From contig OZ024743.1 of the NCBI GenBank assembly GCA_964016885.1, positions 27,404,001 through 27,468,000 of the forward strand: a stretch of 64,000 nt of DNA, written 5' to 3'. The stretch comes from Eledone cirrhosa. Lineage: Eukaryota. The position numbers and the translations under genes are program-made. Positions within the stretch are counted from its first letter, which is position 1; each line of letters opens with the position of its first letter. Positions 28,433 to 42,283 of the stretch are shown here, one piece after another. Under the pieces are notes generated by a model, which saw nothing but the letters and a program-made list of their open reading frames with translations, made no database searches and was not told the DNA's origin.

Positions 28433-29599
28433 TAGAGTTGAGATGGAGGGTCTGTGGTTATTCTCACATCTGGTTGGTCTCTGAATGTTACTTGTTTTAT
28501 ATGGAAAAAGTGGCTCGAAATGCCAGGTTTTTCGAGAAGTAATTTGATTGGTTGGTCAATAATTATAATAAATTTCGCGCCAGTTCGCGTTACAATAGTT
28601 CTTCAAATATGAGGGGGGGGGGGCACAGGTTGTTTTTTCATATATGAGTGTTTGAATTTCTTTTTACTTGAAAAAAGGGGCTCACGAAGGCTTTTTTGGG
28701 GTTGGTTATAAATGAAATTATGGCTGTCACGTGAACAAGTTTTCATTAAATTTTTGCGCCCTTATTTGGAAATCCATTCTGTAGGCTTTTTAGAGAATTT
28801 TATGATAAGTGAAAGATAATGATCAAGAGAAATTGGATGGGAGAATTGTTCTGGTTCAGTGAATATGGTTAGTTCGCTGGGGTGTCAGAATTCAGATTTT
28901 CTATTGAATAAAGAGAGTAAAGATATGTATGTTTATTTGTGTGCTTGTGTGTGTGTGTGTGCGTGTGTGGGTGTGTGTGCGTGTGTGGGTGTGTGTGTTG
29001 TGTGTGTGTGTTTGAATTTCTTTTTACTTTAAAAAAAAAAAAAAGGTGGCTCACGGAGGCTTTTTTTTTAATAAACGTGATTTGATTGGTTATAAATGAA
29101 ATTTGGCTGTCACGTGAACAAGTTTTCATTACATTTTCGCGCCCTTATTTGGAAATCTATTCTGTAGCCTTTATAGGGAATGTTATGACAAGGAAAAGAT
29201 AGTGGTCAAGAGAAATGGGATGGGAGAATTGCTCTGGTTCAGTGAATATGGTTAGTTCGCTGGGGTGTCAGATTTCAGATTTTCTATTGAAGTAAAGATA
29301 AGTATGTTTATTTGTGTGCTTGTGTGTGTGTGTGTGCGTATGTGTGTATTGGAAGATGATTCTATTAGTAGAAATGGGGGAGGGAGTTGTGTGTGTGTGT
29401 GTGTAGGAAAATGATTCCTTTAGTAGGAATATTTTTGAATGAACATATTTTCCTTACTTATTCGTATTTGTTCTGTTGTATTGTCAGTGCAAACGTATGT
29501 TAAGGTTTATTTAGTTCGGGTTTTTATTTTCTAAAGTAGAAGGTGTTATGTGTGTGTGTGTGTATGTCATATTATGGTGTTGACATAATGTATATTAAA

Positions 29600-32420
29600 C
29601 CATATTTTATGCTGGTCTATATTTTTGAATAAACATATGTTCTGTTGTATTGTTAGCGCAAAGGTAAAATGGGAAGACTTGGAATTTGGGTGTCTTATTA
29701 CTTGCGCAAATGTCTAGATATGCACTTAGTGGTATCTGTCTCGTGGTTGGATCTCGTAAGTGTTGGCGATGAACTGTCATTCTGTTTCTGAGTGTGAGAT
29801 TAGTTTGTTCTATATAATCTTCATTGCATCCTTTACATTTAATGGCATAAAGTAGATTTTTTGATGAGCAAGTGAAGTGATTTTTTACAGTAAAATTTTG
29901 TCCCTATTTAAATGTATACGTGTTGCCTTCAATGAGGTGAGTGCAGGTTCCACAATTAGAGCGACCACATTTTTTGATACTTGGTTGTGGGTTTGTGGTA
30001 GGTAATTTGGCATTGGTGAGTAATGTTTTCAGTGATTTTGGTTGTCTTTTGCTTTTGATTATTTTGTGTATTGCAAGGGCTTTTTTCATTCTTGGGTTTT
30101 GTTTTAGTAGTGGGATGTTCTTGTGAATAGTGTTGTAAGCTTCCGCATTTCTTGGGTTGTGTGTTGAGATATATGATAGACTATTGGACGTACCTTGAAT
30201 TTGTTTCTGTTTCCGTAATTCATCAATGCCTATTGCTTTCCCCTTCCTATTCCATTATTTATTAGTAATAGTGGGTACTCTCTCTCGAGTAGAATTTCCT
30301 TTAATTCTTGAAGTCTTTTATTTCGCGTTTCATAATTGGAGACAATTGTGCAAATTCTTCTTGCTAGGTTAGAAGGAATGTTCGTCTTCGTGTGCTTTGG
30401 ATGGTTGGAGGTGAATAGCAGGTATTGTTTGGAATCTGTTGGTTTGTAGTGTATGTCAGTTTCGATATTTGTGTCTTTTTTTAAGATTAAAATGTCCAGA
30501 AATGGGAGTTGATCTTGGCTGTATTCCATTGTGAATTGGATGTGGTTATTGATGCCGTTTATTAAGTTTTTGAAATCCTTCAGTTGGTCGAGTGTGTGGG
30601 ACCAAAGAATGAGACAATCATCCAAGTAGCGTTTCCAATTCTCTGATAAATATTTGTGGAAGTTCAATCCGTATTTTGATTTGGACTGTTCATATATCTG
30701 ATCTTCTAAGTATGCCATAACTAAGTTGGCATAAGTCGGAGCGGCTTTTGTACCCATCGCAGTCCCCGATATTTGCTTGTAAGTATTGCCATCGAAATCA
30801 AAAAAGTTGTTCTGTAAGATGAATTTTACTCCCTCGGTGATGAAGCTTTTTTCTATCTCATTGGGATATTTCTCTAGCCAGAATCCTATTGCTTCTAGTC
30901 CGTATTGGTGTTGGATCGTTGTGTAGAAATTCACTACATCGAAAGACACAATAATAGTGTCGTTGTTGACATGTTTGGGGAGGTGGTTTAAGAAGTCCAG
31001 ATCGTCTCTTACAAGGCTTGGTATGTGTTTGAGAATTGGTTTCAGTAGTATGTCTATAAAGTTGCTCAGTCTGTGTGTTTCACATTGCGGGCCCGCTACA
31101 ATTGGTCTTAATTTAAGGTCTGTGGGGTATTGTGTGTTCACGTAGGCTGAGGTCGATTGTTTACAGGCATCGTTGATTATTTTACACTTGTGGATCTTCG
31201 GAAATCCGTAAAGGTTGCTGGTTTTGTATTCAAAATTTGTTAAATAATCGCGTTCCTTTTTAGTTAGGTCTTCCTGGTATCGATAAATCAGTGTGTTTAA
31301 TCTGGTCATTATTTTTGATTGCTGGTAGTTTGTTACTCTTTCATAGTAATTAGTATTTTATAAGAGAGAGAACATTGAATTTTTATATTTTTCAGCCTCC
31401 ATAATGACAACAGTACTTCCCTTGTCCGCTTCCTTAATTATAATGTCCGTATTGTTTTTTAGTTCATGGATAATCTCCCATTCCCTTCGACCCGTGTTGG
31501 GTTTTGGTTTAGGTTGCGGTAGTTCATGGTATGGGAAGGTAGCTATGTGGTCACAAAATTTGTCTAGAACTCTGTTTCTACCTTTTGTTGGGTTGTAGCT
31601 GCTTTTATTCCGTACAATTGATTCGTCGTTATTCTCCTTGTCAAAGAATTCCTCTGTGAGACATAATTTTCTACAGAAGTGTGAGATATCGTCATTTATC
31701 TCGTTGGGGTTAGAGTATTGTGGTGTTGGTGTGAATTTCAGTCCTTTGGAGAGAATTTTTACTTGTTGGGCTGAGAGGTTTGTATTTGAAAGGTTGATTA
31801 TTTGGGGTTTTTCAAAATCGGTTTGTACCACCGGGTGTCGTGAGTCCTGTAGCCTTGGTCTAAAAGAAGATTTTTCTGGAATGTTTTTTCAATGGTATTA
31901 TTATATCTAATGGTATTTCCCCTGTTGTTGTGTGGTCTTGTATAGAAGTTTCGGACGTATTGAGGTTCGGTTTGTTGATAGTCCGGGTTGTAGATTTTGT
32001 TCCTTTGTGTGGATTGGGATCTACGGTTTTGGAACAGGCTCTGTGTGGGCAGAGGTCTACGGTTTTGGAATAGGTTTTGTGTGGGTTGTGATCTGCGGAT
32101 CAGGTCCTGCCTTGTGTTCGGGGATCTTTGGTTTTTGTTAGTAGGGTTATAGTTTTCTCTATGGTTTCTGGGATTATCGTTATAGTTTTGCTGGGGGTAT
32201 GTTGGACGTTTTGTTACTTTTTTGTTATTTGTTGTGCATGTGGTGTGTGAGTTTTAGCTTGTTTTAAAAATGGGTTACCTGTATGTTGTTCATTTTGTAA
32301 GTCCATTTCGTAGTTGTTGAACCAGGTGGCGTTTTTTTCCCATCGCTGGAGGGATGTTAGTTCTTCATCCTCACAGTTTTCTTTCCAAAGTTTTAGGGTT
32401 TTTTTGTAGAGTAGGCCTAA
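29600..32420 (-). pseudogene. Disrupted PLE polyprotein (N-terminal region, RT, Cys linker, GIY-YIG)
   Basis: INLS..LSKGLKFTPTP, IIIKEADKGSTVVIM, LYGFPKIHK, LRPIVAG, SFDVVNFYT, GTAMGTKAAPTYANLVM, RYLDDC, LPFLD, YKPTD; CGRSNCGTC; FTCSSKNLLYAIKCKGC..YIEQT..RMTVHRQH. Several stops and frameshifts. Confidence 0.92.
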
Positions 32421-32853
32421 AAAAAGCCTTCGTGAGCCCCTTTTTTCAAGTAAAAAGAAATTCAAACACTCATATTTGAAAAAACAACCTGTGACAACAC
32501 CCCCCTCTTATTTGAAGAACTATTGTAACGCGAACTGGCGCGAAATTTATTATAATTATTGACCAACCAATCAAATTACTTCTCGAAAAACCTGGCATTT
32601 CGAGCCACTTTTTCCATATAAAACAAGTAACATTCAGAGACCAACAAGATGTGAGAAAAACCACAGACCCTCCATCTCAACTCTACTTTTGAAAAGCAGA
32701 AGAACTGCGAAACAGGTAAAGGAACCAAATAAATATATATATTTTTAAAATAAATAAGACTCCAGCTGCATTTTCGATTTCATCTCTTTTTCTTTATACT
32801 TTCACTCGTGTAGGACACCCCGGTTATTTTTCAATTTGTAAAAAAAACCGCAC

Positions 32854-32935
<82 letters not shown>

Positions 32936-33072
32936 GTGTGTGTAATGCCTTACAACAGCATGATAGTTTAAAAACATCATCATATCTTGTAAAGGCCATG
33001 AATAAAAATGTATTAAGATCTATCATCTTTAATACGTGGCTACTAACAAACAATCAACATCAAAGCAATAAT

Positions 33073-33256
33073 TGTTTCTACTTTTGGCACAAGGCCAGCA
33101 AATACCCCAGTGCATTACTGGTACTTTATTTTATCGACCCCGTAAGGATGAAAGGCAAAGTTAACCTCGGCGGGATTTGAACTCAGAATAGCAAGGGCCG
33201 TAACTCTATGTCAAAGCATGGCGTCCGACCCTCTACCGATACTGCCAATTCACCCT
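33073..33256 (-). mobile_element. SINE family A
   Basis: Consensus match; 17-bp TSD AACATCAAAGCAATAAT at 33056-33072 and 33257-33273. Confidence 0.9.
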
Positions 33257-33668
33257 AACATCAAAGCAATAATGTAATGAGAATACTTTTAATAACCCAT
33301 TAACTGGAATATAAATAAATATGATAAATAGAATAAAAGAACATAAAGCTAGGAAAGAAAAAAACGACTGCTAATGAAAGCAAAAATCAGTAGTTATCTC
33401 TCTTCTGAACGGTGTCTCATGCGTTTTCAGTGATACCGAGATTAGTGTGAGTCATATAGTTAATGTTGTTTGCCCATGTATCTTGAATGATTCATTTACT
33501 ACTAAAAAAAAATCAAATAATTTTAATTTTATATTTCATTCACAATTGGCGAGTGATATTTTCTTTTTTCTCTACATTATGTCTACATATTTGCTTCACA
33601 TAAAATACTAGTAAATATTAGAAAAGGTAAATATAAAAGAAAGGTCCGAACACAGAAGAGCCGAACTC

Positions 33669-34266
33669 CTACTGTCCTCGCCTCCATCTCCCTCTCCCTC
33701 CCCATCTCTCTCTATTATGAACAAATGGGGTCCCACTTGCTAGCCGCCCCCAGGCCCCGATGGACGGAATGGAGAAGGCGTTTCCTCGGAGGATGGTAAA
33801 GGAGATGCGCTGGAAGAGCCATTCCATCTCCCGAGGCTCACACCTGCGGCTAACCAGCTCAGCGCCTAAGGTGGTAAGTAGGGAGGTAGCCCTAAGGCCA
33901 AGGACACCAGAAGTCTCCACTGCAATGGGCTCGACTGCAAACCTGTCGGAGAGCGACCGATACTTGGAGAGTTTACTCTCCTCATCCAGAGGTGCAAAAG
34001 TACCTGGGTTAGTCGCAGACTGCACCAGGTTGCCGCTGGAGAATGGCACCCCACACGAGGGGTTTACCACCACGGAACGGGAAGATGGTCATACTGTCTG
34101 GCCTTTTGCCGTCTTCTAGGTCCAACCTCACCGACTCGAGCTGGGAGGGGAAGCCTCCAACATTCAAGGCATACTTGATGACCTCCTTGAGGGCAGCATG
34201 GCGGGGAAGGCAACCGGCGCTGTAGCGACAGGAAATGGGTGGAGGCCGAAAGAGTCCATGTTTCAT
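33669..34266 (-). mobile_element. 3' fragment of a CRE-clade non-LTR retrotransposon (restriction-like endonuclease domain), frameshifted
   Basis: RHAAL..LE..DGKRPD..GKPLVW, then EESKLSKY..PIAVETSG..LFQRISFTILRGNA, typical of the CRE-type RLE C-terminus. Confidence 0.8.
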
Positions 34267-35099
34267 TAGATTTCTTTATGCTTACTACATTGAATATATC
34301 AATAAAGAAAAAAACTTTTTTCTCTGTGAAACTAAAGTGAAAATGAGACTAAAATGAAATACATTTTTAAGAACAATAGTCATAAACGGTTGAGAAGTGA
34401 GAAAAGCATCATAGCTTTTGGAATGAAATGATATAGAAACGGGATTTACATTTCATATGTAAAACATTAAACTAAGGAGACCATTATGAAAGAAATTGTG
34501 GAAAAGCTTGCAAACCATTAAACGTATCAAACTTACCAAAAGGGGAAAAATGAAATATTTTACCAATGTTATCGACACCATGTCATTCTGTTTCTAGCGA
34601 ATGTTGTAACATACCAACAAACACCTGAGAAAAAGAGAGGAATAAGAGGGTAAAAAATAGCAAGGATTGTACAGGATGGATGATGGAAAACATAAGCTGG
34701 GTCGCTGATCGGGAAAGATGTAGGCTGGGAGATTGAATCTCTTTATATCAACCTAGGGCCTCCCTATATATTGGTATGATACAGATGAAGATGCTTAATA
34801 GTTGAAAAGAGAAATGCGGAATATGTTCGAATTTATATCTATTGAATTTTAAACAGAAAAGATCAAAACTATGCTGCAGACATTTATGCTGTTGAATAAA
34901 AATGTTTCGCAAAATATACATAAATTGAAAAATGTCTATGCAAATGAACAATGCACCCATACACACACACCAGCACACTTACACTCATACACACATACTA
35001 CACACACACACACACAAACACACATATATATATATATATATAGCGAGAGAGATATAATTATACACATACACACACAAATATATGTAGACACACACACTT

Positions 35100-35236
<137 letters not shown>

Positions 35237-36319
35237 CGCGCGTGTGTGTGTGTATGTATAAATCAGGTAAATGAAAGAGTGAGATAGAAAGAATTCAGAA
35301 AATGAAATAAGGGAAGGCAACAAGACAGCATATTGAATAAGACAAAGTAGGATTTGGTTTGAAATTTTTTTTAAAACTAAGATTATCGATTCATATCTCT
35401 TTTTATTATAACTGGGAATTGTTCAAAGAATGTTTCGGAATATGTACAGTTTTTTTCTCTCTTCTATATCTCAAATGATAATAAAGTTTTCTGCTTTTTT
35501 AAAGGCTGAAACAGAAGAATAAAGAAAATATATTTCAAAGATTATATTTAGTATTTTCAGTATGTGTTCTCTTTTTCTTTCATATTTTAGAAGAAAACAA
35601 AAATTAATAAAGTCTGACTGAAAATGTTGCTTACGAGATTTCTGTAAGAACACTTATATTATTGGTATTATTATTGCTGTTGCTGTTGTTGTTATTGTTA
35701 AAGTATTTATGACAAAGAAACATTACTAAATCTATTCCTAATGTTATATATTGTTCATTATAATTTACCATTATAATTCGTTTAAGAAATGTTCGTGAAA
35801 TGAAATGTGTTTTATATTTTTTTCAATTTTTGCTGTTTGCTGTTAGAATCATTACGAACACGAACGACAGCTACAGCAACAACAACAACATCAACGAAAA
35901 CGTCAACAGAGATAACAACAAAAACATATCGATAATGTTACACATGACAGCTATTAGAACGAATATGCAACTGATATATTATGAAATCATAGCTCACCAT
36001 TTTTCAAAGGATTGAATGTAGGTGGTATCGAGGGATCGAGCAAAATCTAACGCAATTTAAAGTATGATATATTTAAAGTATGATATAAAGAAAACAGCAA
36101 ACTATTTCTCTGATCTTTAACTGTCATCGTAGTGATGATAGTAGTGGCAGTAATGGCAGTTGTGCTAGTGGTGTAATGGTGGTTGTGATGATAATAGTAT
36201 AGCTGATGGTGATAGTGGTTGTGATGGAGGTTGCATTGATGATAATGATAAAGGTTATGATAGTGAAGGTGGTGATGACATTCACTAATACTGCAGCTGT
36301 TATTAATTATGATTTTATT

Positions 36320-36512
36320 CTGCTGGATTAGGCAGTATCGGTAGAGGGTCGGACGCTATGCTTTGCAGCATAGAGTTACGGCCCTTGCCATTCTGAGTTC
36401 AAATCCCGCCGAGGTTAACTTTGCCTTTCACTCTTACGGGGTCGCGTCGATAAAATAAAGTACCAGTAATACACTGGAATAATTGCTGGCCTTGTGCCAA
36501 AAGTAGAAACAC
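36320..36512 (+). mobile_element. SINE family A
   Basis: Consensus match; 17-bp TSD TTAATTATGATTTTATT at 36303-36319 and 36513-36529. Confidence 0.9.
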
Positions 36513-37412
36513 TTAATTATGATTTTATTGTTATCGTTGTCAGGCGATGTTTTGTTCCTGTTTGTGGATTTTCGTTGTTTTAAATCTATCACATAACCGC
36601 CCCTACCTTTCTTTCTAACAAAACTACGTTTTAACACCTATCTCTAATATATAATTACCGGTGTGTTGTTTGGTTTGTCTGATGTCAGATGTCACGCTTG
36701 GCAGCACATAGAAAGAAGAAGAGAAAGAGAGTAACAGAGAAACAGATAGAGAATTAACATATGGGTTGAAAGAGAAGTATACATACTGATAGACACACAA
36801 AAATAATTGTCATCTGCTGAGACAACACGAATATGTATAACGTTTGTTTGAAATTACGTTGTCTTTTCACCTTTTCTTCGTCGATGGATGAATAAACATA
36901 TGAAAATATATAATCCTTCTCAAATTCTTTTCTTTTTTCTTCTCAAATCGCCGCCTTATTTAATACAACATTTCTAGTGGTTCAGCATGAACAATATGGT
37001 ATACTGTATTAATCAAATCCAGTATTAGTGTATTTATTTAATTATTTTTATTCAGACATTTATATATTTTTAATATATTTATCTAATCTTACCCAAACTG
37101 TCAAACGTATAATTGAAATTTACCTGTTATATAAAGAGTAACAACTCGTGTATTTCTCATAAACTCCTACCTTGCATTCTTTCTCAAGCCGAAATTTTTT
37201 AACAATCCTGCATCTCTATATCTCTCTGTCCCCCTCTCTCTCTCTCTCTTCCTCACCCTCTCTCTCTTTCTCCGCTCTCTCTCTCTCTCCTTCTCTCAAC
37301 TATTTCTTTCCCATACTACCTCAAGCAAACTCCTTCATATCACATCTTTCAATCTCTCTCGTTCTACGTAGGTTAAATTGTTCCATTCTTCGTCAATACA
37401 TCGCTGCAGCTC

Positions 37413-37457
37413 CTGCTGTGCTGCTGCTGCTACTGCTACTACTCTTACTACTACTAT

Positions 37458-37491
<34 letters not shown>

Positions 37492-37528
37492 GCAGCTGCT
37501 GCTGCTACTACTACTACTGCTGCTGCTG

Positions 37529-37597
<69 letters not shown>

Positions 37598-37598
37598 G
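37413..37598. repeat. Compound (CTA)n/(CTG)n trinucleotide microsatellite
   Basis: Direct reading of the sequence. Confidence 0.95.
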
Positions 37599-37799
37599 CA
37601 ACATTTGTGTCTTTATCAGAAAATTCTATTTTATATGAACGATGTTTATATTTTCTTCGTCAGATATCTGTCTGCTCCAGATTTCCTGTTTTTTTCTTTT
37701 GTGAAACTTTAAATCCCAATAGCAATAGTTGTAATCTTTGTTAACAGTTGTGTGTGTGTGGCTGGGTGTTTGTGATAGATAGACATACAGATAGATAAT

Positions 37800-37853
<54 letters not shown>

Positions 37854-38376
37854 TGTTTTTTTATTAGCCACATGGGCACAAAATGAGGGGACAAATATAA
37901 AGGGGGAAGTTTACATACAATAAAAACGTGTAAAATGCTATCACAAATGTAATTTAAAAATTAATCGATTTTCCTCAATAGGGGGAGACATTTCAAATGG
38001 GTAACACATAACCCCGAAAAAATGTGCAACATTCATCTCCAGGAGTACGAAGAGTTTGTACCCCTTTCCTCTCTTCCTCTTTTTCCTCAACCTACAGGCT
38101 GATATAGAGAGAAGGCCCATTCACTCGGGCCATTCTCGCCACTTTCACCCACCTTTCATAAAACTTGCTGGGGTACAGCACCTCTCTCTCCATCCTGATT
38201 CTTCTTCCAAAGTGGTATTTGAAAAAAAGAATCAGTTGTTGGCCGGAGTGAAAGGTGTTTGACCTCAGCCCTTTTAACCTCTTTCACCATACAACCTCTT
38301 TCGCCATAGCTATCACACAAAGGAAAACCGCCTCTCCTTCGTTTTTGAAGAAGGGTGGCGATTTGATCATGACAAT
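37854..38376 (-). mobile_element. 3' fragment of a second, diverged Tx1/L1-like LINE
   Basis: Homologous to 38446-38945; ends AATAAA-short A-(ATCT)n. Confidence 0.8.
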
Positions 38377-38445
38377 GGATAGATAGATAGATAGATAGAG
38401 AGAGAGATAGATAGATAGACAGATATACAGATAGATAGATAGATA

Positions 38446-41400
38446 TATTTCTTTATTTGCCACAAGGGCGCACAAGAAAAGTGGACAATACAAAGACACA
38501 TGCCGGGGATTTTACATACAGTCGTGTAAAAATATTGAAACAAACAATTATAACAATCGAAGGCGTCACAAATGGGTTGTTTAATACCCCGTCGATAGAA
38601 CAACCCTCAACTTCAGGAGCGTGTTGTCCAAGTGCTCCTTTCTTCCTTTGGTTCTTTTCATCAACCTACAGGTTTATATACAGAGAAGTCCCAATCACTC
38701 GGGCCATTTTTGCCACATCCACACACCTTTCAGTAAATTTACTGGGGTGCAGTGCCTCTCTCTCCACTCTGATTCTTCTTCTAAAGTGGTATCTAAAAAA
38801 TGGAATGAGCTGTTGTCCGGAGAGAAAGGTATCTGTACTCAGTCCTCTCAATCCTCTCATATAACCTCTTTCACCATAGCCATTATACAGAGGAAAACCG
38901 CCTCTTTTTCGTTTTTGAAAGAAGTTGGCGGTTTGATCCTTAATATGGACTCGGCAGTCAACTGGATTTATCCCATACGCGACAGCAGTTGTTCCGCGTA
39001 GTTCCACAGGTCGGTTACGCCCGGGCAGTGTACAATTGCGTGCAGGACAGTTTCAATGTGCTGCGCGCATCCTGGACACGTCCTCTTGGAAGGATCCCTG
39101 CCGGGGCGTCCGTGCCTGTAGATCTTGTCACGAACTGGTAGAGCTCCTCGGTAGCACTGCCAGGCCAGGGACCTCTGGATGTTGTCCATAGGTCCCGGGC
39201 GAAAAGTACTACCAAACAGACTGGTGAGTTCCTCGTCTTCGACGCCTAGAGTCTCTCCGAGCACGTCGTTGCCCTTGTGACGTACTAACCCTCTATAAAA
39301 TGTCGAAGTGGAGTCTCCACTGATTGCTGTGCCCGCTTGACAGAGGACTATGAGCGCCTGAGCGCATTCAATGTGCCAGGCGCCCATCTTTTTTGTCTTT
39401 GCTTGACCCAGGACTGAAGCTCCGTCAGCGAGACAAGTTGCGGGAAGGCCTGTCTCACAAACGGTGCCCACACCGGTTGGGGGTCGGTGAGGAATACCTG
39501 TAGATGCTGTAGCCTCAGCGCATGCTTGCGCATCATCAGCCATGACATTCCCAGCCCTCCGTTGGAAGGGTGCCTGAAAGCAGACGGATCTCTTCACCAG
39601 TGGAGCCTGCTTCTTCCAAAGGAACTGGAAGAGTATGTGTTCCATATTGGTGAGGTGTTCACGGGGACAAGGCACGACGGTCAGGTGATAGTAGATGACG
39701 GACGCTATGAAATTGTTCGCCACCTCCGCTCGACCTTTCAAGGATAGTTTGCACTCTTCTGGGTGAACGCAAATACTTTGGCCGTGACCTCGTTCCAGTT
39801 TTTCTCCACCTGGACGTCCTGACTGAAGCAGACCCCGAGCAATTTCACCGGTCCGTCCGTCCAGCGTCCGACGACGCTGTCGGGTGGCATCGGTTTGCCT
39901 CTCCACGTTCCGAGTTGCAAACCGACAGACTTGTCCGCGTTCAGTTTTGCTCCTGTGAGCGTTTCGTATTCCTGCAGTAAGTTGCCGATCGCTCCGATTT
40001 CGGAGGCTTCCGACACCATTACCGTCACGTCTTCGGCATGAGCGACGCCGCTTTCTGCAGTCCCGGTTCCAACAGAATGCCCTGCAACAGCTCCAGTCCG
40101 CAGTAGTGGCTCTAGAGTCAGTACGTACAGAATGGAGGAGAGGGGCCATCCCTGTCGGATGGAACGCGTGATTGCGAACGGCTCCTATAGGTAGCTGTTC
40201 ACCTTGACCATCGAGCAGATGTTGGTGTGCATTGCGGCGATCCAGCCTCTGAAGACGGGTTCGAAACTGGCCGCCTTGAGAACCACTTCTAAGTATCGAT
40301 GGTCGACTCTATAGAACGCCTTAGACTGATCTAAATTGATCAGAGCCCCACCAAAGCCGGGTTTACACCCCACCCTCTCTACGATGTATCGCATGAGGTG
40401 GAGGTTGTGGTGTATGGACCTGGCCGGGATTGCACACGTTTGCGATTTCCCTACCAGGTTCTCGACGACAAGGGCCAACCTCGTTTCCAACATCGTGGCC
40501 AAAATCTTTAACTCTGTGTTAAGCAGAGTTATGGGCCTAAAGTTGCTTAGTTCGTCCCCCTTGTTCTCGTCTTTCCTCATCAGCGTTACTACGCCCCTGC
40601 CTGCAAAACTGGGAATTGTCCCGTTCTGCTGCCAGTTGCAATAGACGGCCTCGAGGATGCCAGAGAATAAGTCCGGCATGCCTATGTAAAACTCATAGGG
40701 TAGACCATCTAGACCGGGTGATTTGCGTTTCCCGCAGCGGCCCAGAGCCTCCCGTATCTCAGTGGTTGTGATCGGTCTTTCGCAGAACTCGGCGTCTATG
40801 CTCGAGAGACACGGCAAGCCGTCGAGGTATGAACCGAAGTCCATTGCCCCGTTCGACGCACCGCCACTCTGCCCGAACAGTTGCGCAAAGTGCCGCTGAA
40901 AGGCCGCGCACATCCGCTTGGAGTCAAGTAGCATGCGTCCATTTTGGTCTTTCAAAGACCGAATCATGGACTTGTTGCCACCTTTCGCCTCTGCCACTCG
41001 GGCCCAGCTAACAGCTTTTGCTCCCTCGTTTCCTAGAGCACGTGATTTACTTCTGACCACTCAGCCTTCGTATTTCGCGTCGAAGAACTGGTCCAGTGCC
41101 GTTCTCGTTGCTAGCACTCTAACTACGTTGCCACTCCTAAGCACCTCCTCTACCTTGGCTACTAGTTCCGTTTCTGTTTTGCTTCTCTCTAAGGCTAACT
41201 CTCTGCTAAAGTCTATCTACTCTACTCTAATTGCTTTCTTGAGGGAGTACTACCATCTGTTGTTGACGATGGCTCCCGTCAATTGTTGCTTAACTAATCT
41301 ACTTATCCGTTCACTGTAAGCTTTACGTGCCGGCAACGACACGTTCAGCTTCCAGTATCAGGGTCCTGTCTATGTATTCTATCACGGTTGACTCTGCAGA

Positions 41401-41745
41401 TGACTAGTTTGTGGTCTGAATAGGCAACCATGTGCATTTGTGGACAGCTTAACATCTTGTCCTTCTCTCTAATGAAAAACCTATCTAAATACGATCTAGA
41501 TGTCCCGCTGCGGTTTTCTCACGTCCACTGTGGTCGATATCTATCGGCCAGTTGGAATTGGCCGATTAGATTTTTGAGGCTGTTGCAACCCCTCTACTGG
41601 GATATGCTCCCACATAGTCCCATCGTGCATCTAGGATACCATTCCAGTCCCACACTAAAAGTAAGGAGCGAGACGTTCCCAGAAAAGGCTCTAGACGCTT
41701 ATTGCGATTGCCCGATTGTTCGATCAAGTGAATGCCCACCTTCTG
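38446..41745 (-). mobile_element. Tx1/L1-clade LINE, 5'-truncated within the APE domain; ORF2 disrupted
   Basis: APE remnants (WDWNGILD, YLDRFF, YSDHKLV); RT KSPGLDGLPYEFY, FRPITLLNTELKIL, LDQSKAF, RQGWPLS, KLLGV; C-terminal CPGC..ETVLHAIVHC knuckle; AATAAA followed by (ATCT)n. Confidence 0.92.
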
Positions 41746-42098
41746 AATTCGCATGTTAGTGCTTGTCGTCTGTACTGACACGCACAACGTTAACGCAATT
41801 TCCAAACATTTCAAGTATACACGCATCACACACAAATATATATATACATACACAAAACAAGCTGCAATTAATTACGATATATAAATCTCAATGAGGATGC
41901 AAAATATAGCTTAAATATGGATTGTACGAGGCATCGCAGAACATTCAAGCTGTGCATTGAATATCTGAAACGCACAGCTGGGCCTGCGCATAGAATTGGA
42001 TGTTCCTCTCCATTTTTTATCCATATTCTATTTTCCGTGTTTCTTCTTCTTCTTCTTCTTCTTCTTCTTCTTCTTCAAAAACTATTTATTATTATTAT

Positions 42099-42283
42099 CG
42101 GTGGATTGGCAGTATCGGTAGAGGGTCGGACAAAATGCCTTTCAACATAGAGTTACGGCCCTTTATGATCTGAGTTCAAATCTCGTCGAGGTAAACTTTG
42201 CCTTTCATCCTTACGGGGTCGATAAAATAAAGTACCAGTAATGCACTGGGATAATTGCTGGCCTTGTGCCAAAAGTAGAAACA
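42099..42283 (+). mobile_element. SINE family A
   Basis: Consensus match; ATTATTATC flanking duplication. Confidence 0.88.

Larger units (their letters stand above)
28322..32860 (-). mobile_element. Penelope-like retroelement, Neptune-like, with inverted copy of the 3' tail at its 5' end; inserted in (TA)n
   Basis: 28322-28698 is the reverse complement of ~32420-32797; RT and GIY-YIG ORF remnants; ~360-bp partial tandem duplication in the 3' UTR (28648 / 29008); (TA)n on both flanks. Confidence 0.9.

Noticed and set aside
37172-37744. 190-aa poly-Leu ORF and poly-Thr/poly-Val ORFs
   Set aside because: Translations of a (CTA/CTG)n microsatellite.
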